This document shows, piece by piece, positions 19,255-29,021 of a stretch of 64,000 nt of DNA. Position 1 is the stretch's first letter. Every line of letters begins with the position of its first letter. Both the position numbers and the translations under genes were made by a program. The notes under the pieces were generated by a model that worked only from the letters and a program-made list of their open reading frames with translations, did no database searches and was not told the DNA's origin. Source of the stretch: Planctomycetota bacterium (GTDB lineage: Bacteria > Planctomycetota > B15-G4 > SIAN01); assembly GCA_031409275.1 (NCBI GenBank), contig JANNXA010000043.1, positions 1 to 64,000 of the forward strand. The letters run 5' to 3'.

Positions 19255-22166
19255 GTCATCGCCTCGTCGAGGTTCAGGATCGAGAGGCACGCGATGGCGA
19301 GCGCGGCGTGGTCGACGACATCGAGCGCCGCGTCGCGCGGGCTCGCGCCGACCGACAACAGCTGCAGGGCGGCGCTGGCTCCCGCGCCGCGATCGGCGGT
19401 GAAGTGGTCGCGCGCGCGTTCGACGGTCCGGCGCAGGAGCGCCAGCTCGTCGCGATCGGGCGCGCGCGCGCAGACGCGGCGGAACGCGCTCGCGAGCTGC
19501 GCGTCGAGCCCTTGCTCGCGTTGCAATGCCCATTGCGCCAGCGCGCGCGCCGCTTCGATCCAGGTCGGGTCGTTCTGCATCGTCAGCGCATGGAGTGGCG
19601 TCGACGTGACCGAGGGTCGCACCTTGCAGGTCTGGCGCGCCGAGGCGTCGAAGAGGTTCCCCGGCGCCACCGTGCGTCGCCAGAAGGTGTAGAGGCTGCG
19701 TCGCCACAGGTCGGGCCCGCTCGACAGCGGATAGGCGAAGTCGCGCTCCTTCGTGATCGAGAGGCCATCCCAGATCCCTGCCGGCTGATAGGGGTAGACC
19801 GGCGCGCCACCGACGTTGGGCACCAGAAGGTCGCTGGCCGCGAGCGCCACGTCGCGCAGCACCATCGAGCTCAGCCGCTGCCGCGGCCCGCGCGCGAGCA
19901 GTCGGTTCTCCGGATCGCGCTCGCGCAGCTGCGCGCCACGCTCGCCCGCGAGCCGCGAACTCTGGCGGAACGCGGCGCTGCGCACGATCGAGCGGTGCAG
20001 CGCTTTCATGCTCATCGCATGCGTCGTGCGCAGCTCCACGGCCAGCCAGTCGAGCAGCTCCGGGTGGCTTGGTGCCTCGCCCTGCAGGCCGAAGTTCTCG
20101 CTCGTCTTCACCAGCCCGGTCGCGAAGAAGTGCTGCCACGCGCGATTGACCAGCACGCGCGCGAAGAGCGGATTCGTCGGCGCGGTGAGCCATTGCGCGA
20201 GGCCGAGCCGATCGTGCGGCGCGCCCTCGGGCAGCGGCGGCAGGAAGGCGGGCGGTGCCGGCTCGACCGTCTCGAGCGGCGTCTCGTAGTTGCCGCGTGC
20301 CAGTCGGTGCGTCGCGCGCGGCTCGCCATCGGACATCACCATCACGCGCGGGAGCTGCGCCTGCAGCGTTTCGAGCGCGGTGCGCGCCGCGGACTGCTGC
20401 GCCAGCGCGGCGGCGAGTGGCGCAGGCGGCGTGAACTCGGCCAGCGCGCCGGCGGGGCTCGCGTCGAACCAGAAGCCGCCGGGTCCGCCGCCATTCACGA
20501 TCTGCATCAGCAACTCGTGGTCGCCGGTAGCGAGCGACACCTCGGCGCGCTCCTGATCGGGCGCGGCGCCGCGCATCACCCGCCGCTCGAGCAGCAGCGC
20601 TCCATCGAGCCAGACGCGCAGCGCATCGTCGCTGCCGAAGCGCAACGTCACGTTGAGCGGCGCGGTGGTGCGCAGCGTGCGACGGAAGAAGAACGCCGTG
20701 TTCTCGCCGGCGAGCGGATGGACGACGCCGTCCGCAAGGTCGGGTCGCTCGGTCCAACTCGCGACGTTTGCGACGGGGAGCGCGTCGGCTGCATCGAAGC
20801 TCGCCGCTGTCAGCGGTGCCGCCGCCTCCCAAGGCGATCGTTCCAGTCGCGCCATGGCCGCGTCGCGCTCTCTCTCGAAGTCGCGTTTCGCCGCGACCAC
20901 GGCCGGATCGGCGAGCGCCGCGGCCGCGGCTGCATCGGCTGCGAGCGCCGCCTGCTCGAGCGCGAGGCGCTGCTGGTTCTGCTCGTTCGTGCCGGCGTAG
21001 ATCCACGGATCGGCGATGCGGTACTGCCCGCTACCGCTCGGCACGCCGCTCTCCGGCACCCGGTTCCAGAAGGTGAAGAGCGAGTAGTAGTCGCGCTGCG
21101 TGAGCGGGTCGTACTTGTGGTCGTGGCACTGCGCGCAGGCGGCGGTGAGGCCGAGGAACGTCGTTGCGAAGACGTCGACGCGATCGAAGACGAGGACGTT
21201 CCTCTGCTCCTCGGCGATGGCGCCGCCCTCGCCGTTCAACAAGGCGCAACGCTGCAGGCCGCTCGCCACTTGCTGTTCGATGCGCTGCAGTGGATCGGGC
21301 GCCGGCAGCAGGTCACCTGCGATCAGCCGCGTTGCGAGCACGTCTTGCGGCAGGTCGTCGTTGAGCGCGCGCACCATCCAATCGCGCCAGACCCACTGGA
21401 AGGTGTCGCCGTCCTGCTGGTAGCCGTTGCTGTCGGCGTAGCGCGCGGCGTCGAGCCACGGCAGCACCATCCGCTCGCCGTAGTGGGGGCTCGCGAGAAG
21501 CCGGTCGACCGCGCGGTCGTAGGCATCGGGCCGGGGCCGCTCGCGCGGCTCCGCCGCCGACTCGGCGACGAACGCATCGATCTCCGCGAGGGTGGGCGGC
21601 AGTCCGGTGAGCGCGAGCGTCGCGCGCCGCAGCAGCGTGATCGGCGCCGCCTCCGCCGACGGCGCCAGCCCTTCCTGCTCGAGTCGCGCCAGCACGAAGC
21701 GATCGAGCGGCTCGCGACACCATGCCGCGTCGCGCACCTCGGGCAACGGCGCGGCGCGCGGCGCTTCCCATGCCCAATGGCCGGCCCACTTCGCGCCCTG
21801 CTCGATCCAGCGGATCAGCGTCGCCCGCTCGGCCTCGCTCAACTCCTTGCCCGAACTCGCCGGCGGCATCCGCTTGCGCGGGTTCACTTCGGTGATGCGC
21901 GCGACGAGTTCGCTGGCATCGATGTCGCCGGGCACGATCGCCACGTTCCCCGACTTCGCTGCTGCGAACGCTGCCGCGCGAACGTCGAGCCGCAGCCCCG
22001 CCTTGCGCGCCGCCTCGTCGGGCCCATGGCACTTGAAGCAGCGATCGGACAGCAGCGGCTGCACGTCGCGAGCGAAGTCGACGGGGAGGTCGGCGACACC
22101 GTTCCCGACCGCGTCGCCGCGCGGCGCGATGGAGCTGGCAACCACGATCAGCAGCGACACGACCAT
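19245..22166 (-). CDS. Planctomycete cytochrome c + DUF1549 + DUF1553 (PSD1) protein
   Basis: DFARDVQPLLSDRCFKCHG, HYGERM..WLDAARYADSNG, CAQCHDHKYDP, PSHPELLDWLA and STPLHALT. ATG 22166 chosen (alternative GTG 22184). Confidence 0.9.
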   Translation of the reverse strand: MVVSLLIVVASSIAPRGDAVGNGVADLPVDFARDVQPLLSDRCFKCHGPDEAARKAGLRLDVRAAAFAAAKSGNVAIVPGDIDASELVARITEVNPRKRMPPASSGKELSEAERATLIRWIEQGAKWAGHWAWEAPRAAPLPEVRDAAWCREPLDRFVLARLEQEGLAPSAEAAPITLLRRATLALTGLPPTLAEIDAFVAESAAEPRERPRPDAYDRAVDRLLASPHYGERMVLPWLDAARYADSNGYQQDGDTFQWVWRDWMVRALNDDLPQDVLATRLIAGDLLPAPDPLQRIEQQVASGLQRCALLNGEGGAIAEEQRNVLVFDRVDVFATTFLGLTAACAQCHDHKYDPLTQRDYYSLFTFWNRVPESGVPSGSGQYRIADPWIYAGTNEQNQQRLALEQAALAADAAAAAALADPAVVAAKRDFERERDAAMARLERSPWEAAAPLTAASFDAADALPVANVASWTERPDLADGVVHPLAGENTAFFFRRTLRTTAPLNVTLRFGSDDALRVWLDGALLLERRVMRGAAPDQERAEVSLATGDHELLMQIVNGGGPGGFWFDASPAGALAEFTPPAPLAAALAQQSAARTALETLQAQLPRVMVMSDGEPRATHRLARGNYETPLETVEPAPPAFLPPLPEGAPHDRLGLAQWLTAPTNPLFARVLVNRAWQHFFATGLVKTSENFGLQGEAPSHPELLDWLAVELRTTHAMSMKALHRSIVRSAAFRQSSRLAGERGAQLRERDPENRLLARGPRQRLSSMVLRDVALAASDLLVPNVGGAPVYPYQPAGIWDGLSITKERDFAYPLSSGPDLWRRSLYTFWRRTVAPGNLFDASARQTCKVRPSVTSTPLHALTMQNDPTWIEAARALAQWALQREQGLDAQLASAFRRVCARAPDRDELALLRRTVERARDHFTADRGAGASAALQLLSVGASPRDAALDVVDHAALAIACLSILNLDEAMTCE

Positions 22167-22218
22167 CGCGCAGAGCGTAGCCACCGACCCGGAACGGGGC
22201 GTGCCGCCGCGCGCCCCC

Positions 22219-23982
22219 TCACCAGGTCAACGTCACCCCGACGAAGCCGGCGTAGAGCGTCTGCCCGCCGCCGAAGAGGTCGCGCGCCCCTTCGCCGGGG
22301 AGGAGCCACGCGCTGCCGGCGGTCACGATCACGTTGTCGGTGAGCCACGGTCGCCACGTCGCGCCGATCGAGAGGTCGAGGCCGATGGTGGGGGCGATCT
22401 GGTCGTCGTTCAACGCCAGCTCGAGCGGAGCGGTCCGATCGAAGCGCAGCCAGCTGGCGTTCAGTTCGACCTTGAGTTCCTGCGTCAGCTTCGCGTCGAG
22501 GCCGGCGTTCACGATCAGCAGGCCGGGGTTCACGTGGTTGGCGGCGTCGTGCAGCTTCGAGGTGCGCAGGTGGGGGAGCAGCGAGGCGCGGTCGACCAGC
22601 GTGACGGGAGTTCCCGTCAGCGCGATGCCCTGCCGGTTCCAGAAGGAGAAGGGCCCGCCGACGAAGTTCACCTGATCGAAGATCGAATCGAAGCCGCGCG
22701 CGACGGAGTCGGTCGGATCGTCGTCGCCGCTCGCCCAGAAGAGCGAGCCCTTCGGCCGCAGCCAGTCGAAGTCGCGCGACAGTTCGAGCGCCGCCATCTG
22801 CGCGTTCACGCGCGTGCGCCGTCCCGCCAGCGGGTTCAGCGTGTCGCGGCCGACGACCTCGTAGAGCGCGTGGCTGACGTTCAGCCAGCCGACGTGCCCT
22901 TCGCTGGTCCAGCCCATGTAGACGGTGTCGAGTTCGTGGTCGGCCGCGCTGCCCAGTCGCGTCGGCCGCGCCGGGAAGCCGTTGTCGTCGCGGAACGCGC
23001 CGCCGCGATCCTGGTTCCAGTGCAGCGACGCCTGATGCGTCCAGCCGGGCGCGAAGCAGTCCTGCACGTACCAATTCGCCACCAGCACGCGCTGCTCGCG
23101 CAGGTCGGTGAAGTCGACCAGTCCGCTGTTGGTGTCCTTCTCGGCCAGCGCGAACCAGGCGAGGTTCCACTGGTCGCGGTTGCTGCGCCGGCTGCCGAAG
23201 AGGCGCACGCCCGGCTCGAAGTCATTGAAGATGAAGCCGCGGAAGTCGCTGAGGAACGGCTGCAACCCGGTTCGGGAGGAGATGAAGTCGTAGTGAGGCG
23301 AGGTGTCGGCGAGGTGGATCTCGACGAACGCCTCCTGCAGCGCGAAGAAGCGATCGGAGCGCGTGTCGCCTTCGCGCGGATCGATCGCGGTGGCGTTCTT
23401 CTCCTGCAGGCGCAGCTCGTTGCGCTGGAAGACGGGAGTGAGGCGCAGCTCGAAGTCGCGCGGGCGGTAGGCGGCGTCGCCGTGGAAGAGTTCGAACGAG
23501 AGCAGCAGCGTCTCGCTGGCGAAGAACTGCTCGCCGCTCCCGAAGAAGGTGTCGCTGCCGGGAGTGGCGGTCGACACGCCGCTTGGCGTCGGCAGGCGCC
23601 GCCGCTCGACGAGCGTGTCGCTGGTGGCGGTCAACGCGAGGAACCACTCCTGGCCGACGATCGGCAGGTCGCCCTTCAACACGTTGCGGCGGTAGGGATT
23701 CCACCACTGGTCGGCGACGTAGGGGTACTCCTCGTTCCCGACGTCGTAAGGCGAGCCGGCCGCGTAGCGCGCCCACTCGTCGAAGTCGATGCGCCAACGA
23801 TCGGGCAGCGGCAACACGTCCACCGTCGGCACGGGCGAGGGCGGCTGCGGCGGCTCCTGCGCGAGCGCTCGCGCGGGCGCGGGCGTGGCGAGGCCGATCG
23901 CCATGAAGGCGAGCGGCAGCGTGACTCGTCGCGCGATTCGCCCTGACACTCCCAAGTTGCTCCGCGTCGCACGGCGCCTCAT
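22219..23982 (-). CDS. Probable outer-membrane beta-barrel protein
   Basis: Signal peptide ending ALAQE; alternating amphipathic strands; C-terminal ...YAGFVGVTLTW Bam-type motif. Start uncertain. Confidence 0.75.
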   Translation of the reverse strand: MRRRATRSNLGVSGRIARRVTLPLAFMAIGLATPAPARALAQEPPQPPSPVPTVDVLPLPDRWRIDFDEWARYAAGSPYDVGNEEYPYVADQWWNPYRRNVLKGDLPIVGQEWFLALTATSDTLVERRRLPTPSGVSTATPGSDTFFGSGEQFFASETLLLSFELFHGDAAYRPRDFELRLTPVFQRNELRLQEKNATAIDPREGDTRSDRFFALQEAFVEIHLADTSPHYDFISSRTGLQPFLSDFRGFIFNDFEPGVRLFGSRRSNRDQWNLAWFALAEKDTNSGLVDFTDLREQRVLVANWYVQDCFAPGWTHQASLHWNQDRGGAFRDDNGFPARPTRLGSAADHELDTVYMGWTSEGHVGWLNVSHALYEVVGRDTLNPLAGRRTRVNAQMAALELSRDFDWLRPKGSLFWASGDDDPTDSVARGFDSIFDQVNFVGGPFSFWNRQGIALTGTPVTLVDRASLLPHLRTSKLHDAANHVNPGLLIVNAGLDAKLTQELKVELNASWLRFDRTAPLELALNDDQIAPTIGLDLSIGATWRPWLTDNVIVTAGSAWLLPGEGARDLFGGGQTLYAGFVGVTLTW

Positions 23983-24054
23983 CCCGCGGGCGCCTCCGTG
24001 CCGACGAGAGGGGATCGGCAGAAAAGGGTTCCCATCCGCAGCGGAGATCCAGAG

Positions 24055-25686
24055 GTGAGTGAGCCGCTCGCAGCAACCGCTCGCACCGCGGCAGCGTCGG
24101 CGTTGCTGGCCGCGCTGTCGCTGCTGATTCCGTCGAGCTGCAGCGGCGGCAGCGATTACGGCGCCGCGGGCGGCAGCGTCTCGACGCCGCTGGTGCCGCT
24201 GACGCAAGCCGAGGTCGAGCAGGTCGTCGCGCAGGCGGTGACGCAAGCGGTGGCGCGCGGCGTCGTCGTGACGGTGGCCGTCAGCGATCGCGAAGGCGAC
24301 GTGCTGGCGCTGTTCCGCATGAGCGGCTCGACCGCCGACGAGGACGACGCCGTCTCCGCTGCCGGCACCGCCGCCTACTTCGCCAGCAATCAGAACGCGT
24401 TCACCACGCGCACCGCCGAGTTCATCATCCAGGACCATTTCCCGCCGACGACGAAGCAGACGCCGGGCGGGCCGCTCTACGGCGTGCAATTCAGCAATCG
24501 AGTCGCCACCGACGAGCCGGGCGGCCTGCTGCTCACCACCGATGGCCAGCCGATCGGCCGCGATGCGCTCGCCAACGCGGTTGGCGAAGGGATCACCGGT
24601 TTGACCGTCGCGGGCGGCGGCGGCGGCGTTCCGCTCTACAAGTCGGGCGCAGCGGCGGGCGGCATCGGCGTGGTCGGGGATGGCGTTGCGCCCGATGAGC
24701 TCGAGCGGATCGCAGTCGCTGGCAGCGCTGGCTTCGCGGCGCCCGCTTCGATTCGCGGCTCGCAGATCGTGATCGACGGGATCCGGCTGCCCTTCACCGA
24801 GACGACACCGGTCGAAGATGGTTCGACGCTCGCCTTCGCCTCGTTGCCCGGTGCGGTCGAGTCAGGCTTGGCGCCGCGCGCGAGCCCGATGCCCGCCCTC
24901 TTCCCGAGCGCGACGTTCGGTGGCGCGACGTGCGAGCTGCGCCTGCCGATCATCGACAGCCCGCTCGGCGATCCGGTGCAGCTCGAAGCGGCGGAAGTCA
25001 GCGCGATCCTCGCCGCCGCGGTCGCCCGTTCGCAGCGCACGCGCGCCGCGATCCGCCGTCCGCTCGGCACCGCGATGCAGTGCTTCATCGTCGTCGTCGA
25101 TCGCGCCGGCAACGTGGTTGGCGCGTTGCGGACGCCCGATGCGACGCTCTTCAGCTTCGACGTCGCGATCCAGAAGGCGCGCAGCGCGGCCTTCTTCAGC
25201 GACGACGACCACGGCTACACGACCCGCGCGCTCGGCTTCCTTGCGCAGGGGCTCTTCCCGCCGGGAATCGACGGCACGAGCGCCGGTGCGCTGAACGGAT
25301 TGCAGGCAGCGCTCACGGCGTCGGGCGAGACGGCGGCCGGCGCGCTCGCGAACGGCCTGACCGTCTTCCCAGGCGGCGTGCCGCTCTACGAAGCGGGAGT
25401 AAGAGTCGGGGCGATCGGAGTCTCCGGCGACGGGGTCGATCAAGACGACCGGGTCGCCGACAGCGGCGCGAATGCCGGCTTCGCCGCGACTCGTCGCGTG
25501 CGCTGCGACTTCCTGACCGAGTCCGAGGCGCTGGCGGGACTCGATGCCGCGCTGGCGCGTCTCGACGGCGTCAGTAGCGACGCGACCTTGCGCGCGCAGA
25601 TCGCGAGTTGCCGAGCGCGCCTGCAGGACGGGCTCGACGGACTGCGCCTGCCGTGGGTGAAGCTCCCTCGCAACGGCGATCGCTGA
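24055..25686 (+). CDS. Lipoprotein with two GlcG/HbpS (heme-binding, Haem_degrading) domains
   Basis: GTG after GGAG; LLIPSSC lipobox-like; VAVSDREG...GGVPLYKSG..GGIGVVGD and VVDRAGN...QKARSA...PGGVPLY..VGAIGVSGD. Confidence 0.82.
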   Translation: MSEPLAATARTAAASALLAALSLLIPSSCSGGSDYGAAGGSVSTPLVPLTQAEVEQVVAQAVTQAVARGVVVTVAVSDREGDVLALFRMSGSTADEDDAVSAAGTAAYFASNQNAFTTRTAEFIIQDHFPPTTKQTPGGPLYGVQFSNRVATDEPGGLLLTTDGQPIGRDALANAVGEGITGLTVAGGGGGVPLYKSGAAAGGIGVVGDGVAPDELERIAVAGSAGFAAPASIRGSQIVIDGIRLPFTETTPVEDGSTLAFASLPGAVESGLAPRASPMPALFPSATFGGATCELRLPIIDSPLGDPVQLEAAEVSAILAAAVARSQRTRAAIRRPLGTAMQCFIVVVDRAGNVVGALRTPDATLFSFDVAIQKARSAAFFSDDDHGYTTRALGFLAQGLFPPGIDGTSAGALNGLQAALTASGETAAGALANGLTVFPGGVPLYEAGVRVGAIGVSGDGVDQDDRVADSGANAGFAATRRVRCDFLTESEALAGLDAALARLDGVSSDATLRAQIASCRARLQDGLDGLRLPWVKLPRNGDR

Positions 25687-25752
25687 GCGCCACCGATCGA
25701 ACGCTCGCGGCGCGCGCCCGCCGCGAGGCGAACGCGCGCCGTCGCGAGAACG

Positions 25753-27348
25753 TCACTGCGTGACGAAGCTCAAGCGGATCTCGTCGATCCCCTGCGTGAA
25801 GTCGGCGCCGACCCCGGTGCGGACGCTGCGGATCTGGATCTGGCCCGCGCCCGAAACGTAGGGCGAGACACCCGCCGCGGGGCCGGTGAAGAGGCGCTGC
25901 GTGTCGCTGGTGAGCCACGCGACGTTCGCGAGCGTGTCCCACGTGTTGGTCGTGAAGTCGAAGGCCTGCAGCGTGACCGAGGCGTTCGCGCTGAGTTGCG
26001 TCTCGTAGATCAACTCGACCTGGACGAGCGTGCCGGTGAGGCTCGTGTTGAACGTGGCGTACCAGTCGAGGACGGGCGCGCCGGTCGCCGAGCTGCTCTG
26101 CAGGCTGAGGCGCGTGTCGTCGCTGGAGTTGACGTCGGCGATGGAGCCGCCGACCGACGAGCCGCTCATCACCGTGATGGTGGCGGGCCAGAAGTGGCTC
26201 TTGTTGACGCCGCCCCCCTGGTTCTTCAGCGCGTTCTCGGCGTTGACGCGGCCGTTGCTGACGAAGGTGCCGACGTTGTCGCCGGTGAACTGGAGGCGCT
26301 CGCGCACTTCGGTCGCGGTGGCGTAGGGGCCGACGTGGCTGCGGATCAGGCCGGCGAGTCCGGCGACGTGCGGGCAGGCCATCGAGGTGCCCGAGAGCGT
26401 CGCGTAGGTATTGCCGTCGTAGCTGCTGTAGACGTTGACGCCCGGCGCCGCGACATCGACCCAGGTGCCGTAGGTCGAGAAGCTCGCGCGCGCATCGTTG
26501 CTGTCGGTCGCCGCCACCGCGATGCAGTTGCCGTAGGCAGCGGGATAGAACTTCGTCTGGTTGCCGTTGTTGCCGGCGGCCGCGACGACGACCACGCCCT
26601 TGCCCCAGGCGTAGTTCACGGCGGATTCGAGGGTCGTCGACTTGCTGCTGCCGCCGAGGCTCATCGAGATCACGTGAGCGCCGTGGTCGGCCGCCCAGTT
26701 GATGCCCGCCGCGATGTCGGAGTTGCTGCCGCTTCCCGCCGCGCTGAGCACCTTGATCGGCATCAGCGAGCAGTTCGAGGCGACGCCTGCGATGCCGAGC
26801 GAGTTGTCGGTGATCGCGGCGGCGATGCCGGCGCAGTGACTGCCGTGGCCGTTGTTGTCGTCGGCGTCGGTGTCGTTGCTGACGAAGTCGTAGCCGGCGA
26901 CCAGTTTCGCGGCGAGATCGGTGTGGTTCTTGTCGATGCCCGTGTCGACGATGGCGATGACGACGCTCGCGTCACCCTTCTGCATGTCCCACGCCTGCTC
27001 GCAACGGATCTTGGTGGGTCCGTACTGCGACGCCCAGCTGGTGTCGTTGGGGACGTGGATCGCGTGCGCGATGAAGTTCGGCTCGGCGAAGAGGACCTCG
27101 GGCAGCCGCGAATAGAACTCGACGGCCTGCTCGGGCGTGACCCCGGCCGGCAGCTTCACCAAGGTGACGCCGATCGCCGCGAGCTCCTCGATCGGCGTGG
27201 CGCCGAGTCGCGCGTGCGCCGCAGCAGCGGCGCGCACGTCGCGGAACTTGACCAGCACCTCGTCCGGAACTCGTTCGACCGCGCCTTGCGCGAAGGCGCC
27301 ACCGACCAGCAGCGCGAAGCCGAGCGTGAGGAGGAGCGGTCGCTTCAT
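25753..27348 (-). CDS. S8 subtilisin/thermitase-like serine protease
   Basis: Signal peptide and prodomain; catalytic IVDTG, GHGSH and GTSMA; oxyanion AAAGN. Confidence 0.93.
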   Translation of the reverse strand: MKRPLLLTLGFALLVGGAFAQGAVERVPDEVLVKFRDVRAAAAAHARLGATPIEELAAIGVTLVKLPAGVTPEQAVEFYSRLPEVLFAEPNFIAHAIHVPNDTSWASQYGPTKIRCEQAWDMQKGDASVVIAIVDTGIDKNHTDLAAKLVAGYDFVSNDTDADDNNGHGSHCAGIAAAITDNSLGIAGVASNCSLMPIKVLSAAGSGSNSDIAAGINWAADHGAHVISMSLGGSSKSTTLESAVNYAWGKGVVVVAAAGNNGNQTKFYPAAYGNCIAVAATDSNDARASFSTYGTWVDVAAPGVNVYSSYDGNTYATLSGTSMACPHVAGLAGLIRSHVGPYATATEVRERLQFTGDNVGTFVSNGRVNAENALKNQGGGVNKSHFWPATITVMSGSSVGGSIADVNSSDDTRLSLQSSSATGAPVLDWYATFNTSLTGTLVQVELIYETQLSANASVTLQAFDFTTNTWDTLANVAWLTSDTQRLFTGPAAGVSPYVSGAGQIQIRSVRTGVGADFTQGIDEIRLSFVTQ

Positions 27349-27495
27349 ACGGGAATGTCCTTATATGGGTGCGCGTCGCCGCCAGCGGCGCCATTGCTTT
27401 GGCCATCTCGCGAGGCGAGACGATCGAGCGAATCGTGGCCGCTGTCAAGGAGTTGCATGTGCCCGGTCGCCGCGGCCGCCAGAATGACGTGCCGA

Positions 27496-28104
27496 ATGGA
27501 AGAGCTTCTCGACGCCCCTGACGTCTACGCGCGCTGGTTCGCGCGTTGGTTGCGTTCCGCCGATCGCGAGCGGCGCGGGGCCGAATCGCTGCGCCCCGAC
27601 CTGATCGAGGTGGCGGCGTTTCGTGCGGTCCCGGCCGCCGAGCTCTCCACGCTGGCGAGCGAGGTGCAGCAGAAAGTTCTCGATCAGATCGGCCGCATGG
27701 TCGCCGCAGCGCGCGTCGACTGGAAGGAGTGGTGCGGGCGCCACGACGTGCTGTCGCGCGAGGGGCTCGGCGCGATCGACGCGGGCTTCGATCCGGCGGC
27801 CATCGCGCAGATCCACTCGAGCAGCGACCCCGAAGATTTCGGCAATACGTTGCTGGTCACGGCGTGCGAGCTTGGCGGCGTGATCGGCAGCGCGCTCGCG
27901 GCGGCGCGCCCGTCGTTGCACTGGGTTCCCGACTGGCCCTACTTCGAGTCGACGCTGGTCGATCGGCCGACGGGTGTGGTGATCCCGCCGTTCCACTGGG
28001 CGATCCGCAAGCTCTCGGCGCAAGGTGCCGGCGGCGGGCTGGTCGAACGCGTGGGCGTCGTGCTGTCGCACCTGGCCCAACGCGCGCAGGAGCTGAATCG
28101 ATGA
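27496..28104 (+). CDS. Hypothetical protein
   Basis: Coding-like ORF (MEELLDAPDVY...) coupled by ATGA overlap to the next gene. Confidence 0.55.
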   Translation: MEELLDAPDVYARWFARWLRSADRERRGAESLRPDLIEVAAFRAVPAAELSTLASEVQQKVLDQIGRMVAAARVDWKEWCGRHDVLSREGLGAIDAGFDPAAIAQIHSSSDPEDFGNTLLVTACELGGVIGSALAAARPSLHWVPDWPYFESTLVDRPTGVVIPPFHWAIRKLSAQGAGGGLVERVGVVLSHLAQRAQELNR

Positions 28105-29021
28105 CCCCGCCGCCGCTGTCGACAGCGCGCCTGCTGCTGCGGCCGTTCGTCGCCGCCGATGCGGCCGCGGTGCAGGAGCTGGCCTCGGCGCGCGAGATCG
28201 CGGCGACGACCGCGAACCTTCCGCATCCCTATCCCGAGGGGGCTGCGGCGACGTGGATCGCGACTCACGCGGCGCTGAACGCGGCCGGTACCGCGGTCAT
28301 CTACGCGATCACGACGCCCGAGGATGGCGTCGTCGGGGCCATCGAGCTGCGCGTCGCCCCGGCGCAGATGCACGCGGAGCTCGGCTACTGGATCGGCCTT
28401 CCGTTCTGGGGCCGCGGCTTCGCGACGGAAGCGGCGCAGGCGCTCGTCCGTCACGGCTTCGTGACGCTCGGCCTGAAGCGGATCTTCGCGCACCACATGT
28501 GCAGCAACCCGGCTTCGGGCGAAGTGCTGCGGAAGGTCGGCATGCATTGGGAGGGGCGGTTGCGCGCGCACCTCCATCGCGGACGACAGTTCCACGACGT
28601 CGATCTGTGGGGAATGGTCGACGAGGAGCACGAGAAGCTCGCGACCCGTCGCCTGGCCGCCACCGCCTTCGAACATGCGACCCCGGTGCTGCCGGCCCTC
28701 GACCTTGCGCAAGCGCTCGATTTCTATGAGCGCCGTCTCGGCTGGAGGAAGGTCTTTTGTTTTCCTGAGCTAGGCTACGCCGGCCTCGAGCGCAATGGCG
28801 CCACGCTCCATCTTTGGAAGTGCGACGACCCCGAGATCCCTCGCAACAGCAGCTGCCGTTTCCGCGTGCGCGGTGTTGATGCGCTGTACGCCGAGTATCA
28901 AGCCGCCGGAGTCGTCCATCCGAATGGGGCGCTGGAGCTCAAACCCTGGGGCTCGCGGGAGTTCATCGCTCTAGATCGGGATGGCAATGCGCTGCACTTC
29001 GCCGAAACCACGCCTGGATGA
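28101..29021 (+). CDS. RimJ/RimL-type GNAT acetyltransferase fused to a VOC/bleomycin-resistance-protein domain
   Basis: TARLLLRP, ELGYWIG..FWGRGFATEA and NPASGEVLRKVGM; then ATPVLPALD..ALDFY...KPWGSREF..LDRDGN. Confidence 0.85.
   Translation: MTPPPLSTARLLLRPFVAADAAAVQELASAREIAATTANLPHPYPEGAAATWIATHAALNAAGTAVIYAITTPEDGVVGAIELRVAPAQMHAELGYWIGLPFWGRGFATEAAQALVRHGFVTLGLKRIFAHHMCSNPASGEVLRKVGMHWEGRLRAHLHRGRQFHDVDLWGMVDEEHEKLATRRLAATAFEHATPVLPALDLAQALDFYERRLGWRKVFCFPELGYAGLERNGATLHLWKCDDPEIPRNSSCRFRVRGVDALYAEYQAAGVVHPNGALELKPWGSREFIALDRDGNALHFAETTPG

Noticed and set aside
10384..23982. Assignment of the cluster to MtrCAB, NrfABCD or alternative complex III
   Set aside because: No CxxCK NrfA, no NrfD/ActC-size membrane subunit and no molybdopterin-like ActB; cNMP and LVIVD domains are not part of those systems.
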